In this document: positions 1 to 9,149 of the stretch, piece by piece
Numbering within the stretch: position 1 is the stretch's first letter
Layout of the letters: every line of letters begins with the position of its first letter
Virus record (IMG/VR): IMGVR_UViG_3300022839_000007
Coordinates: 1-64,000 of that record
Length of the DNA: 64,000 nt
DNA from: a virus
Direction: 5' to 3' (one strand)
Program-made: the position numbers and the translations under genes
The notes under the pieces: generated by a model
Seen by the model: the letters and a program-made list of their open reading frames with translations, nothing else
Told to the model about the DNA's origin: nothing
The model's database searches: none

Positions 1-2092
1 AAGTAACAGTAAAAGACCCTCCAGAAGTGTTTGCTATAACACCATCAAGATTCGAAGCAGTATAATTAGATGTTTGGGTAGACCAAGATAGAAAGCCATT
101 TATGCCATCTATACCTTCGATACCTTGGATACCTTGGGTTCCTTGAGTACCTTGTATACTTGTTCCTTGGATACCTTGTGCACCTTGTGGACCTACGTTA
201 GCATAAATTTGCCATGTTGCCCCATCATATACGAAATCAACTCTAGTTTGGCTAATGTCCAAAACAAAATCTTCTAATTGGCCTTCAATGGTAGAACCAT
301 TTCTCGCTACAATTAGATTACTGGATTCACTCGCACCCCAATTCGCACCATCAGCAACTACAACAATATCCCCAGCTAACGGGCTATCTGGTAAAGTAAC
401 TGTAAATGAACCACCAGAGGTATTTGATATGATACCTTCATTTCTAGATGCGGTATAATTAGATGTATGGGTAGACCAATTCAAAACTCCCTTAGAACCA
501 GTAATGCCTTGTCTTCCTTGTATACCCTGGGTTCCTTGAGTACCTTGAGTACCTTGAGTACCAGATCCTCCTACAACTCCGGATATTCCTTGTTGTCCGG
601 TAGTTCCTTGTATGCCTTGTATACCTGTACCGGTTATGCCTTGACTGCCAACTGTTCCTTGAATACCTTGTTGTCCGGTAGTTCCTTGTATGCCTTGAGT
701 ACCAGATCCTCCTACAACTCCGGATATTCCTTGCTGTCCGGTAGTTCCTTGTATGCCTTGTATGCCTGTACCGGTTATGCCTTGTATACCCTGAGTACCT
801 TGAGTACCAGATCCTCCTACAACTCCGGATATTCCTTGCTGTCCGGTAGTTCCTTGTATGCCTTGTATGCCTGTACCGGTTATGCCTTGACTGCCAACTG
901 TTCCTTGAATACCTTGTTGTCCGGTAGTTCCTTGTATGCCTTGAGTACCAGATCCTCCTACAACTCCGGATATTCCTTGCTGTCCGGTAGTTCCTTGTAT
1001 GCCTTGTATGCCTGTACCGGTTATGCCTTGTATACCCTGAGTACCCTGAGTACCAGATCCTCCTACAACTCCGGATATTCCTTGTTGTCCGGTAGTTCCT
1101 TGTATGCCTTGTATACCTGTACCGGTTATGCCTTGTATACCTTGTTGTCCGGTAGTTCCTTGTATGCCAACTGTTCCTTGAATTCCTTGTATGCCAATTG
1201 TTCCTTGTATACCTTGACTTCCGACTGTTCCTTGAATACCCTGTTGTCCGGTAGTTCCTTGGAGCCCTTGCGAAGCCTGAATACCTGTTTGTCCTTGAAT
1301 GCCCTGTATGCCCTCGGTACCTTGAATACCTTGGATACCAATTGTACCTTGAATACCTTGGATACCAATTGTACCCTGAATGCCCTGTATGCCCTCGGTA
1401 CCTTGAATACCTTGGATACCAATTGTACCTTGAATACCCTGTATGCCCTCGGTACCTTGAATACCCTGTATGCCCTCGGTACCTTGAATACCCTGTATCC
1501 CGATTGTTCCCTGAATGCCCTGAGTACCTTGAGTACCTTGAATACCCTGTATGCCAATTGTTCCCTGAATGCCCTGAATGCCCTGAGTACCTTGAGGTCC
1601 TTGAAGTTTACCAACATTATTCCATATTGTCCCGTCATACACCCAGAGGTTGCCTTCGAGCGCATCCAATACACCGTTTCCGCTTATAGCATCAGGAAAT
1701 TCTGTATTGAGATAAGTTTGAGGATTTCCTGGAGGCGAAACATTAACATTATCAACCGATCCTATTATAATTAACGACGGTCCAAATGTTCCCTGGATTC
1801 CTTGTCTTCCCTGGATTCCTTGGATTCCCTGTATTCCCTGTATTCCTTGTATGCCCTCGGTACCTTGAATGCCTTGAATGCCTTGTATACCCTGAATGCC
1901 TTGGACACCTTGAAGACCAATTTCAGTTGTCCAAAATCTATTACCTTCGATGTCCGAAGAGAGTGCATAATTATTTCCAATTGGAACACCGAGATCGGGT
2001 TCTGCTTCGGAAAGTTTTAAAAATTTGTACCGTTCTGCTGACACCTCAGTAGATGGTATTTTTTTAACTCTATCCGATAATAACTTTGACAT
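1..2092 (-). CDS. Collagen-like (G-x-Q repeat) fibre protein, 3' end truncated by the window edge
   Basis: Not in the ORF track because it has no stop in the window. ATG at 2092 (MSKLLSDRVKKIPSTEVSAERY...). Every stretch translated by hand is open in one frame to base 1, with long QGIQGIQGTQG tracts and two WSTxTSNYTA...TSGGSFTVT modules. Confidence 0.85.
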   Translation of the reverse strand, partial: MSKLLSDRVKKIPSTEVSAERYKFLKLSEAEPDLGVPIGNNYALSSDIEGNRFWTTEIGLQGVQGIQGIQGIQGIQGTEGIQGIQGIQGIQGIQGRQGIQGTFGPSLIIIGSVDNVNVSPPGNPQTYLNTEFPDAISGNGVLDALEGNLWVYDGTIWNNVGKLQGPQGTQGIQGIQGTIGIQGIQGTQGTQGIQGTIGIQGIQGTEGIQGIQGTEGIQGIQGTIGIQGIQGTEGIQGIQGTIGIQGIQGTIGIQGIQGTEGIQGIQGQTGIQASQGLQGTTGQQGIQGTVGSQGIQGTIGIQGIQGTVGIQGTTGQQGIQGITGTGIQGIQGTTGQQGISGVVGGSGTQGTQGIQGITGTGIQGIQGTTGQQGISGVVGGSGTQGIQGTTGQQGIQGTVGSQGITGTGIQGIQGTTGQQGISGVVGGSGTQGTQGIQGITGTGIQGIQGTTGQQGISGVVGGSGTQGIQGTTGQQGIQGTVGSQGITGTGIQGIQGTTGQQGISGVVGGSGTQGTQGTQGTQGIQGRQGITGSKGVLNWSTHTSNYTASRNEGIISNTSGGSFTVTLPDSPLAGDIVVVADGANWGASESSNLIVARNGSTIEGQLEDFVLDISQTRVDFVYDGATWQIYANVGPQGAQGIQGTSIQGTQGTQGIQGIEGIDGINGFLSWSTQTSNYTASNLDGVIANTSGGSFTVT
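520..1600. repeat. Intragenic collagen-coding tandem repeats with a higher-order 246-bp period
   Basis: The block ACCAGATCCTCCTACAACTCCGGATATTCC starts at 560, 701, 806, 947 and 1052 (alternating spacings of 141 and 105 bp). 9-bp units occur throughout. Confidence 0.9.
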
Positions 2093-2095
2093 TTA

Positions 2096-2560
2096 TTATT
2101 CTACTCCCACATGTTCGTTTGAAAGCTTTTCTTCGGCAGCAGTCCATATATCAAACATGTCGGCTACTTCTGCCCTAATTTGAATTCGGTCACCGTATGT
2201 TGAAAACGGATCACGCTTAAATAAACTACGGCCTTGTATCGGTATATATGCTGTATCGCCAGCTGGTACTTCAACTTTTCCAAATTCTATAATTATATTG
2301 TCTTCTGTTAATAATTGCACTTCTATCCACCGAGTAACAGTATCTTTATTTCTTGCCGAGATAGGTGTTAGGAAAAATATTTCTCCAGGTCTAATTGCTC
2401 TTGTAGAGTCTAATGGATCTCTAAAAGTAAATTTATTCGATGCATCCGGTAACGAAAAATCAGGCGATTCTGATATAGTAGTGTATGTTGCACTTACATC
2501 CATTAAACTAATTCTAGTTGCGCGTCCAGTAGAAGGGGTGCGACATGTAATTCTAGGCAT
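2096..2560 (-). CDS. Hypothetical protein, probably virion-associated
   Basis: 154-aa ORF packed between two fibre genes with gaps of 2-3 bp. Confidence 0.7.
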   Translation of the reverse strand: MPRITCRTPSTGRATRISLMDVSATYTTISESPDFSLPDASNKFTFRDPLDSTRAIRPGEIFFLTPISARNKDTVTRWIEVQLLTEDNIIIEFGKVEVPAGDTAYIPIQGRSLFKRDPFSTYGDRIQIRAEVADMFDIWTAAEEKLSNEHVGVE

Positions 2561-2562
2561 TA

Positions 2563-5500
2563 TTAAAAACTCCTTGCAATTGCTGCTCTTGTAGCAATTC
2601 TATTAACTGCTGTATCAAATGGTGGTCCTGAAAGTTCGCCGGTGTCTGCATCTATTTTCATACCGCCGATAAATAACGCCGAGCCCTGATCGTCTTGTCC
2701 GCTTGCTATTACTACTCCGCTATCTAACTCAATAATACTTTCTTCAATTGAAGTTAAATTATTTGCCGGGGGGATTTTAGTAAGTGCTACGCCAGACATA
2801 ATACCAGTCCATGTATGTCCAACTGCTGTAATAACTGACGGAGACACTAATTTATTTGGATTGAAAACTGTTCGTATAAGAGCATCTACCAAAGCATCTA
2901 CTATATCATTAGAATTGCTATTTGGTGTTGGTAAAGATTTAATCTGATCTCTCATATATTCCCAAGCAAATACAAATGCTCCTAACAATGTTTTATTTTC
3001 AATATTTATATAGCGTAATACGTCATTGGCTATAAGGATAGTATTTGTATTAATGTTAGAAAAGGATAATGTAAATTCTGCTGCTGGCCAATCAGTTAGT
3101 GGTAATATTTTTAATGGTGGTACCCCGTCCGAATTTATTGTATTGCTAATGTTGTCAATTCTTGCTTGTGCAAATAGTGTCGCAGACATACTTCCTGCTA
3201 CTCCCGAAACATCTTGACTAGTTGCTGTATATACCGGATTAACTGTAACCGCTTGCAATATGTTACCAAGTATAACCCGAAGTCTTGCATATGCAGCTAG
3301 TGTTGCAGCTTTTTCGCCAGATCCGTATTGGGCTACAGCACCTACAAAGTATGCCATGGCTGCATTGTATGTTTCTAAATTTCCGCCGTATGTTAAGTCG
3401 TATCTTAGTGCATCTACAATAAATCCTACGTCTTTTCTACATGCAACTGCGTCATAAGTAAAACTTCCAGTAAATGGAGCTATAACGTTTGCAACTTGAT
3501 ATGAAATCCATGATTCTATTTCATCTTGGATAAATGTTTTATTTGCAACCAATAGTCTTCTTGCTTGAAAGAATCCCGAATCGTAATTAGTTGGATCTGT
3601 TAGTAAGTATTCGTCTGCAGCAGTCGGTCCGTTTGTAATAATATCAATAACTTCGTCAAATAATGCATTTGATCTAGTTAAAGAAGTGCCAACTAAATAT
3701 GTACCTAATGTTATTTTTTGTCTTGTTAGTGCCTGTAAGGTTATTGCTTTTTGTTCAACAAGAACTTTATTTGCTGTTGCACGGTAATAAGAAAGTGCTG
3801 CATTTATACTTCTATAGTTACTATTAAACATTACATCATAAGCAATTGCACTATTGATTAATAGTGTGTCTCTATAGCATTTATCAAAGTTATATCCAGT
3901 TTCAATTCTGCTTAAATAATCCAACACATCAGTTGATATTTTTGTAATATTAATAGTTAATTGGTTATACGCAGTTGTAGATTCGTTAGAAGGCCAAGTG
4001 AGATCTGGTATTATCCTAGCAAAAGAAACTCCGTCGTTATCAATTGCGTTATATATATCTTGTATACGAGATTGTGCAAATGTTGCAGCAAATACACTGC
4101 CAGCAGTGCCTGATGTTTCTTGCGTATTAGTATTACCAGACGATTGTGATATTAGAATTAATTGTAAGATATCTCCAACAATAGATTTCAGTCTCAAATA
4201 TGTAGCAAGTGTTGCAGCTTTTTCGCCAGATCCGTATTGGGCTACAGCACCTACAAAGTATGCCATGGCTGCATTATATGTTTCTAAATTTCCACCGTAT
4301 GTTAAGTCGTATCTTAATGCGTCAATAATAAATCCTACATCTCGTCGACATGCGACTGCATCATAAGTAAAACTTCCAGTAAATGGTAAAATATTTCCAG
4401 AAACTTGAACTGCAATCCATGCATCTATTTCATCTTGGATAAATGTTTTATTTGCAACCAATAGTCTTCTTGCTTGAAACAAGCCCAAATCGTAATTAGT
4501 TGGATCTGTTAGTAAGTAGTCATCTGCAGCAGATGGTCCGTTTGTAATAATATCAATAACTTCGTCAAATAATGCATTTGAGCTTACTAATCGCTCTCCT
4601 GACAGGTATTTAGCTACTACTTCTTTTTGATAATTTAGTGCTGCCAATGTTCCAAACAATTGCGAAGTTAACACATTGCTTGCTGTTGCACGGTAATAAG
4701 AAAGTGCTGCATTTATACTTCTATAGTTACTATTAAACATTACATCATACGCAATTGCTTCTGTTATCAACCCAGTATCTCTAAAGCATTTATCATAATT
4801 ATACGGTATAGAAGTGAAAGCTCGATTTCCAGTTACATCAAACAATCCCTTTGAAAAATCAAGCATCGGAGTCTCGTTAGAAGTATTTAATACCCAAGAC
4901 ATCGCTTGTAAAAATAGTCCAGCATCTCGGCGTGTGAGTGTTGTGTAACTTTGTGGCCAGTTATCGGTATATCCTTGTAAATTTAATTCTGCAACAAGAT
5001 TATCAATAATGCTATCCGTGCTTGCATCAATTTCGTTACTTACAACTTCTTGTATAGTTAAAGGAAAGTCAACTTCGTAAGGACGAATTATTTGTTTTGA
5101 TCCTTGCGATACTAATGTAAAATCACCAAATTGTGTTGAGCACGACGAGAGAATAATCTGTCCGCCGTCTATTGCTAAAAAGTGCTTGTGGCACCAAAGA
5201 CTAATAGCGTTTACAGCATTTATCAATGCACCGTTCTTTGCACAATATCCAATACCATTATGCGTTACAGGGGTTGCACCCCATGTCATAATATTAGGAA
5301 ACACACTGTCAGGATCTAAGACTGCACCATCTGCTAATACAACTCCAGCGCCCCGTCCTACTAGTGGGTTACCATTTAATCTGTCTAATGGAGGAGCAAT
5401 AGTTGTCCAATAAGGAGGTGTTCTTACAGCTATTTTGTGTACATACGGAACCCGTGTTATAAGCGCACCGGGTCTGAAACAAACAGCAAATCCTTCATTA

Positions 5501-6021
5501 GGATTGTCTAGGTTATCAAGACGGAATCCTTCAAAAATAAAACCTTCAAGAAAACAGCCCGACCCTAATCTAAATACGTTTCTTTCTTCAAATCCAGGTA
5601 CAGGCTTTATAAATACTGTTCTATGAGATGATTGAATAACAGTGTTGTCTGATACATCTATATGACCTTTTGTAAAATATACACCAGGTCCGACTTGAAT
5701 TAATGTCAGTGCGTTTCTTATAGCAGCCGCTTTGACTGCAATCTCTATACTTGCAAAAGCATTACTCCAGGAATTACCAGAATTTTTATCATTGCCGGCT
5801 TTTTGTACATATAATACGTTCTCTACAGGAATATGCGATGTAAATTCTATTACTTCGTCAACAGATACAATTTCTTGAAGATTGTCGTCAAAGTATTCTT
5901 GTTGTCTTTTAAAATATAGAGTACCGTCGTAGGTGTTGATAGCAATTTCACCTAGATCTAACTGATCCACACTCGGTATCTTATTAGGAATGTCGCTTCT
6001 TTTTAATATTATGTTTGACAT
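2563..6021 (-). CDS. Large virion fibre/structural protein with Mtd-like N-terminus, beta-helix-like region and CxRD helical repeats
   Basis: N-terminal IILKRS...LDLGEIAINTYDGTLYFK; VLYVQKAGNDxNSG motif; repeated DKCxRD and ACRxDVGFIxDALRYDLTYGGN; TAAATA upstream at 6044-6049. Confidence 0.75.
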   Translation of the reverse strand: MSNIILKRSDIPNKIPSVDQLDLGEIAINTYDGTLYFKRQQEYFDDNLQEIVSVDEVIEFTSHIPVENVLYVQKAGNDKNSGNSWSNAFASIEIAVKAAAIRNALTLIQVGPGVYFTKGHIDVSDNTVIQSSHRTVFIKPVPGFEERNVFRLGSGCFLEGFIFEGFRLDNLDNPNEGFAVCFRPGALITRVPYVHKIAVRTPPYWTTIAPPLDRLNGNPLVGRGAGVVLADGAVLDPDSVFPNIMTWGATPVTHNGIGYCAKNGALINAVNAISLWCHKHFLAIDGGQIILSSCSTQFGDFTLVSQGSKQIIRPYEVDFPLTIQEVVSNEIDASTDSIIDNLVAELNLQGYTDNWPQSYTTLTRRDAGLFLQAMSWVLNTSNETPMLDFSKGLFDVTGNRAFTSIPYNYDKCFRDTGLITEAIAYDVMFNSNYRSINAALSYYRATASNVLTSQLFGTLAALNYQKEVVAKYLSGERLVSSNALFDEVIDIITNGPSAADDYLLTDPTNYDLGLFQARRLLVANKTFIQDEIDAWIAVQVSGNILPFTGSFTYDAVACRRDVGFIIDALRYDLTYGGNLETYNAAMAYFVGAVAQYGSGEKAATLATYLRLKSIVGDILQLILISQSSGNTNTQETSGTAGSVFAATFAQSRIQDIYNAIDNDGVSFARIIPDLTWPSNESTTAYNQLTINITKISTDVLDYLSRIETGYNFDKCYRDTLLINSAIAYDVMFNSNYRSINAALSYYRATANKVLVEQKAITLQALTRQKITLGTYLVGTSLTRSNALFDEVIDIITNGPTAADEYLLTDPTNYDSGFFQARRLLVANKTFIQDEIESWISYQVANVIAPFTGSFTYDAVACRKDVGFIVDALRYDLTYGGNLETYNAAMAYFVGAVAQYGSGEKAATLAAYARLRVILGNILQAVTVNPVYTATSQDVSGVAGSMSATLFAQARIDNISNTINSDGVPPLKILPLTDWPAAEFTLSFSNINTNTILIANDVLRYINIENKTLLGAFVFAWEYMRDQIKSLPTPNSNSNDIVDALVDALIRTVFNPNKLVSPSVITAVGHTWTGIMSGVALTKIPPANNLTSIEESIIELDSGVVIASGQDDQGSALFIGGMKIDADTGELSGPPFDTAVNRIATRAAIARSF
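3280..4804. repeat. Intragenic direct duplication with a 909-bp (303-aa) offset
   Basis: Near-identical blocks at 3301/4210, 3541/4450 and 3877/4786. Confidence 0.9.
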
Positions 6022-6070
6022 TTATCCGCACCTTTGTTGTATCTATTTATTAGTAACCAAACTATAATCA

Positions 6071-6874
6071 TTAATACGTTCCGCCATTAATGTTATTAAT
6101 AGAAACTTGACCTAAAACTACTGTAAAGTTAGCAGCGGCAAAGCTTGCTATACCTTTGTTGTTATTACTTGCATCTTCTCCACTAATAGTTAATGTTACA
6201 AAATTATTAACTTTTACAATAGATGTATCAATTCCTTCGCCGGAAATAAGTCTTAACGTATCCGTTGAAACAACCAAATTCAACGGACCGCCGCTGTCTG
6301 CATCAATGGCCAAGCTAAGTTCAGATACTGCTTGAGATATGTTGTTATCAACATACGCCTTGTTAGGAATTACGTCGTCGTCGCCTGCTTGTACCTGAAG
6401 TTCGTAATCTAGTGTTCCAGTAACAGTTAATACACCTACAGTTTGTCCAGCTAATAGATTTAAATCATTACCTTCGCCCGAATTAATGCCCGATACATAT
6501 AATCCACTCAGAGTCTCGTCTGCTTTGCGTAATACAAATGCGCCGTCGTTGCTCTGTATTACTCCGTTTATATAAGTAGTCAACGATTCGTTGTATAAAA
6601 ATTCAGCGTTAGGCAGTGTGCCACGATCAACGACTAATCCCGATACTCCAAGAGAAACTCCGCTACCGGTTTCTCCACGGTTAACTGTTATTATATTATC
6701 AAATACTTCTAACTCAGATGAACTAATAGTAGTAGTATTTCCGGTTACATTTAAATTGCCGTTAATATTGACAGTGCCGAGGCCGTTAGCGAAGTCAAAG
6801 TCAATAACTCCGTTTTCGTTTAATATTATTTTATATAGATCTATACCAAGGTTAGCAATCTTACTAGACGACAT
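6071..6874 (-). CDS. Virion structural/fibre-like protein
   Basis: 267 aa. GNLNVTGNTTTI..LEVFDNIITVN resembles the GNLIVDGDTISL..LRVEDKLIEL segment of the 56257 fibre. Confidence 0.7.
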   Translation of the reverse strand: MSSSKIANLGIDLYKIILNENGVIDFDFANGLGTVNINGNLNVTGNTTTISSSELEVFDNIITVNRGETGSGVSLGVSGLVVDRGTLPNAEFLYNESLTTYINGVIQSNDGAFVLRKADETLSGLYVSGINSGEGNDLNLLAGQTVGVLTVTGTLDYELQVQAGDDDVIPNKAYVDNNISQAVSELSLAIDADSGGPLNLVVSTDTLRLISGEGIDTSIVKVNNFVTLTISGEDASNNNKGIASFAAANFTVVLGQVSINNINGGTY

Positions 6875-6884
6875 AGTCGATTCC

Positions 6885-7289
6885 TTAGATTGCAGTTAAT
6901 ACAATATAGTCGTTAGATGAATCGTTTTCTAATGTCCATGTATAACCGTTGCCTGCAAAGTCAGTTGCTACTCGTTTGGTAATTTTAGCAATATTAACCT
7001 GAGTTCCGGAATTTGTGTCTACAAAACCAAACAATCGCATTTCGCCTGCAACATTTGGTGCGCTATTAGCCAATACACAAGTCAATCTTCCAGTACTGTT
7101 TTTTAGACTAATTGCATCAAGGTCGGCTTCACGTGCAACTACAAAGGTTTTTGCTCCTCGTTGTTTGATAATTGCACCGTCGGTTCGTAGTACTGTGTCA
7201 AAAAATTCAACTCTTATACCAGTTGCAGTACCTTCAGCTTTTCCAATTGCATCAATGCCTAATATATCTTTTTTTAGTGGACGTCCCAT
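6885..7289 (-). CDS. Small late protein (MGRPLKK...), likely virion component
   Basis: 134 aa; AGGAG Shine-Dalgarno at 7295-7299; TAAATA at 7371-7376. Confidence 0.75.
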   Translation of the reverse strand: MGRPLKKDILGIDAIGKAEGTATGIRVEFFDTVLRTDGAIIKQRGAKTFVVAREADLDAISLKNSTGRLTCVLANSAPNVAGEMRLFGFVDTNSGTQVNIAKITKRVATDFAGNGYTWTLENDSSNDYIVLTAI

Positions 7290-7376
7290 TGTTTCTCCTT
7301 TGACGTTCTAGGTCATACGCAGCGGGTAACTGCATAAGTCCAGTAATACTGGCTCTCTAAGTGACACAAGTATTTA
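7290..7376 (-). promoter_or_regulatory. Late promoter plus structured 5' leader with three adjacent hairpins
   Basis: TAAATA at 7371-7376; hairpins at 7340-7352, 7316-7336 and 7301-7315, ending just before the Shine-Dalgarno. Confidence 0.55.
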
Positions 7377-7468
7377 TCTTTTTTACTAGTTTCGTATTTA
7401 ACTAAACTATCAGTTGACTTGATAAATATATTCAGTTATATGTTAAGCTCAAAGGTATACAGAACAAT

Positions 7469-9031
7469 ATGCAACAACGTCTACAAGACTTAATCAACAA
7501 ATATCCGCGGCATTACACACGCATGATCAAAAATGACGATGCATTATACAAGTATGTAATAGGGTTTGCAGGGAAATCAATTGCCGAACAAGCATATAAT
7601 GCATTGTATCAACATGCAACGGTATGTCCACAAGGAAATATGTATAAGTTTAAAGGAATTACTCAAGGATATTCTTTTTGCGGTAAAGCAAGTACATGTA
7701 GTTGTGCAAGAAAATCAGTGTCGGCTTCGATATCTAATGCTAACCAAAACTTCAGCAAAGCAAAAAAGCAACAAATTCAATTAAAGAAAATCTCTAGTTT
7801 AAATAAAAAATACGGAATTGACAATGCTGGAAAATTAAAACAGTCAAAAGAAAATCATCAATTATTTTATAACAATGATATTAGCGTATCAAACGTTATA
7901 ACAAAAATTCAACAAACAAAACTCGATATATACGGTGATGCAAACTATAATAATTCAATGAAAATTAAACAGACTTTCAAAGACAAAGATACTGCATACT
8001 GGCAGCATCGATTTCCTGAAAAGGATATTTCGGCGCTGAGAGATAAAGAAAACATGGAACAAATGTTTGCAACAATGCCTATTGTTGATATTGCAACTAC
8101 ACTAAATGTACATATTCAAACAGTATATAAATATCTCAATGATTACAAAATTAGAAGTCCTTATCAAAGTTCTTACGAACAAGAAATTGTAATCTTCCTC
8201 AAGGACCTCGGTATTACAAATATAATTCGCAACACCAGAAAATTATTACCCAGTCGTAAAGAGATTGACATTTATTTACCAGACTATAATATAGCAATTG
8301 AGTTTAACGGCATATACTGGCATCACGAAGACATCGAACATATTACACGGTCTTATCACAAGAATAAGTTTATCGAAGCCGAACAGCTAGGAATACAACT
8401 AATTACAATATTTTCAAATTTTTGGAATACTAAGAAGGATATTGTCAAACAAACATTAATCAACAAACTCGGCTTAAACTCACAAGCAATATATGCTAGA
8501 CAAACTACTATTAAATCAATCTCTTCAAAGTATACAAAGGATTTTTTAAATTTCAATCACGTACAAGGATATACCCCGGCATCGATATGTTATGGATTAT
8601 TAGATTCCACCGATTCATTAGTTGCAGTGATGACATTTTCGCGTTCTCGCATTGCACTAGGAAAACAAAGTACAGGATACGAATTAGTTCGATATGCAAG
8701 TTCTTGTAGAGTAGTAGGTGGCGCGGGAAAATTATTAGCAGCTTTTTGTAAAGATTTTCCTAATCAAGATGTATACTCTTATAGTAACAACGAATGGAGC
8801 AATGGTAATTTATATAAAACATTGGGGTTTAAATTAGAAAGAGACATTGATGTTAGCTATTGGTATATACACCCAAAGGAAGAAAAATTAATGCATAGAT
8901 TTAATTTTTCAAAACAAAAACTAGTAGCAAAAGGACATGACAAATCTAAAACTGAAAGAGAAATTTGTAAAGAAATTGGATTACTTAAAGTTTGGGATTG
9001 CGGTAAGCGGCGTTGGATTCTTCAATGTTAG
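7469..9031 (+). CDS. Hef-like free-standing homing endonuclease (Vsr/PD-(D/E)XK-like domain plus GNAT/Mom-like C-terminus)
   Basis: EIDIYLPDYNIAIEFNGIYWH motif, Cys cluster and HTH-like IATTLNVHIQTVYKYL. Antisense to flanking genes; paralog of 24945..26666. Confidence 0.75.
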   Translation: MQQRLQDLINKYPRHYTRMIKNDDALYKYVIGFAGKSIAEQAYNALYQHATVCPQGNMYKFKGITQGYSFCGKASTCSCARKSVSASISNANQNFSKAKKQQIQLKKISSLNKKYGIDNAGKLKQSKENHQLFYNNDISVSNVITKIQQTKLDIYGDANYNNSMKIKQTFKDKDTAYWQHRFPEKDISALRDKENMEQMFATMPIVDIATTLNVHIQTVYKYLNDYKIRSPYQSSYEQEIVIFLKDLGITNIIRNTRKLLPSRKEIDIYLPDYNIAIEFNGIYWHHEDIEHITRSYHKNKFIEAEQLGIQLITIFSNFWNTKKDIVKQTLINKLGLNSQAIYARQTTIKSISSKYTKDFLNFNHVQGYTPASICYGLLDSTDSLVAVMTFSRSRIALGKQSTGYELVRYASSCRVVGGAGKLLAAFCKDFPNQDVYSYSNNEWSNGNLYKTLGFKLERDIDVSYWYIHPKEEKLMHRFNFSKQKLVAKGHDKSKTEREICKEIGLLKVWDCGKRRWILQC

Positions 9032-9103
9032 TCGAGTTATTTTACTAAATTCAAAGTACGGCAATAATATCCAGTGATAACACAGTTAACCAATATTAGT
9101 CAT

Positions 9104-9134
9104 GAAAATAGGCCCCGTAGGGCCTATTCTTTTT
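9104..9134 (-). terminator. Intrinsic terminator of the major capsid gene, possibly bidirectional
   Basis: 9-bp stem at 9107-9128 (plus AATAGGCCC-CGTA-GGGCCTATT). The loop reads UACG on the minus strand, and T runs follow on both strands. Confidence 0.85.
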
Positions 9135-9149
9135 AGGTATAATTCAAAC

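Noticed and set aside
520-1600. Repeats resembling a CRISPR array
   Set aside because: The intervening sequences are themselves repeated and in frame; there are no unique spacers and no cas genes.
467-1774. 435-aa plus-strand ORF and other overlapping ORFs in 255-2052
   Set aside because: Antisense or off-frame shadows of the repetitive collagen gene on the minus strand.
2563-6021. Diversity-generating retroelement, suggested by the Mtd-like N-terminus and the duplicated segment
   Set aside because: Both copies are in-frame coding sequence, the differences are not adenine-specific, and there is no reverse transcriptase in the window.
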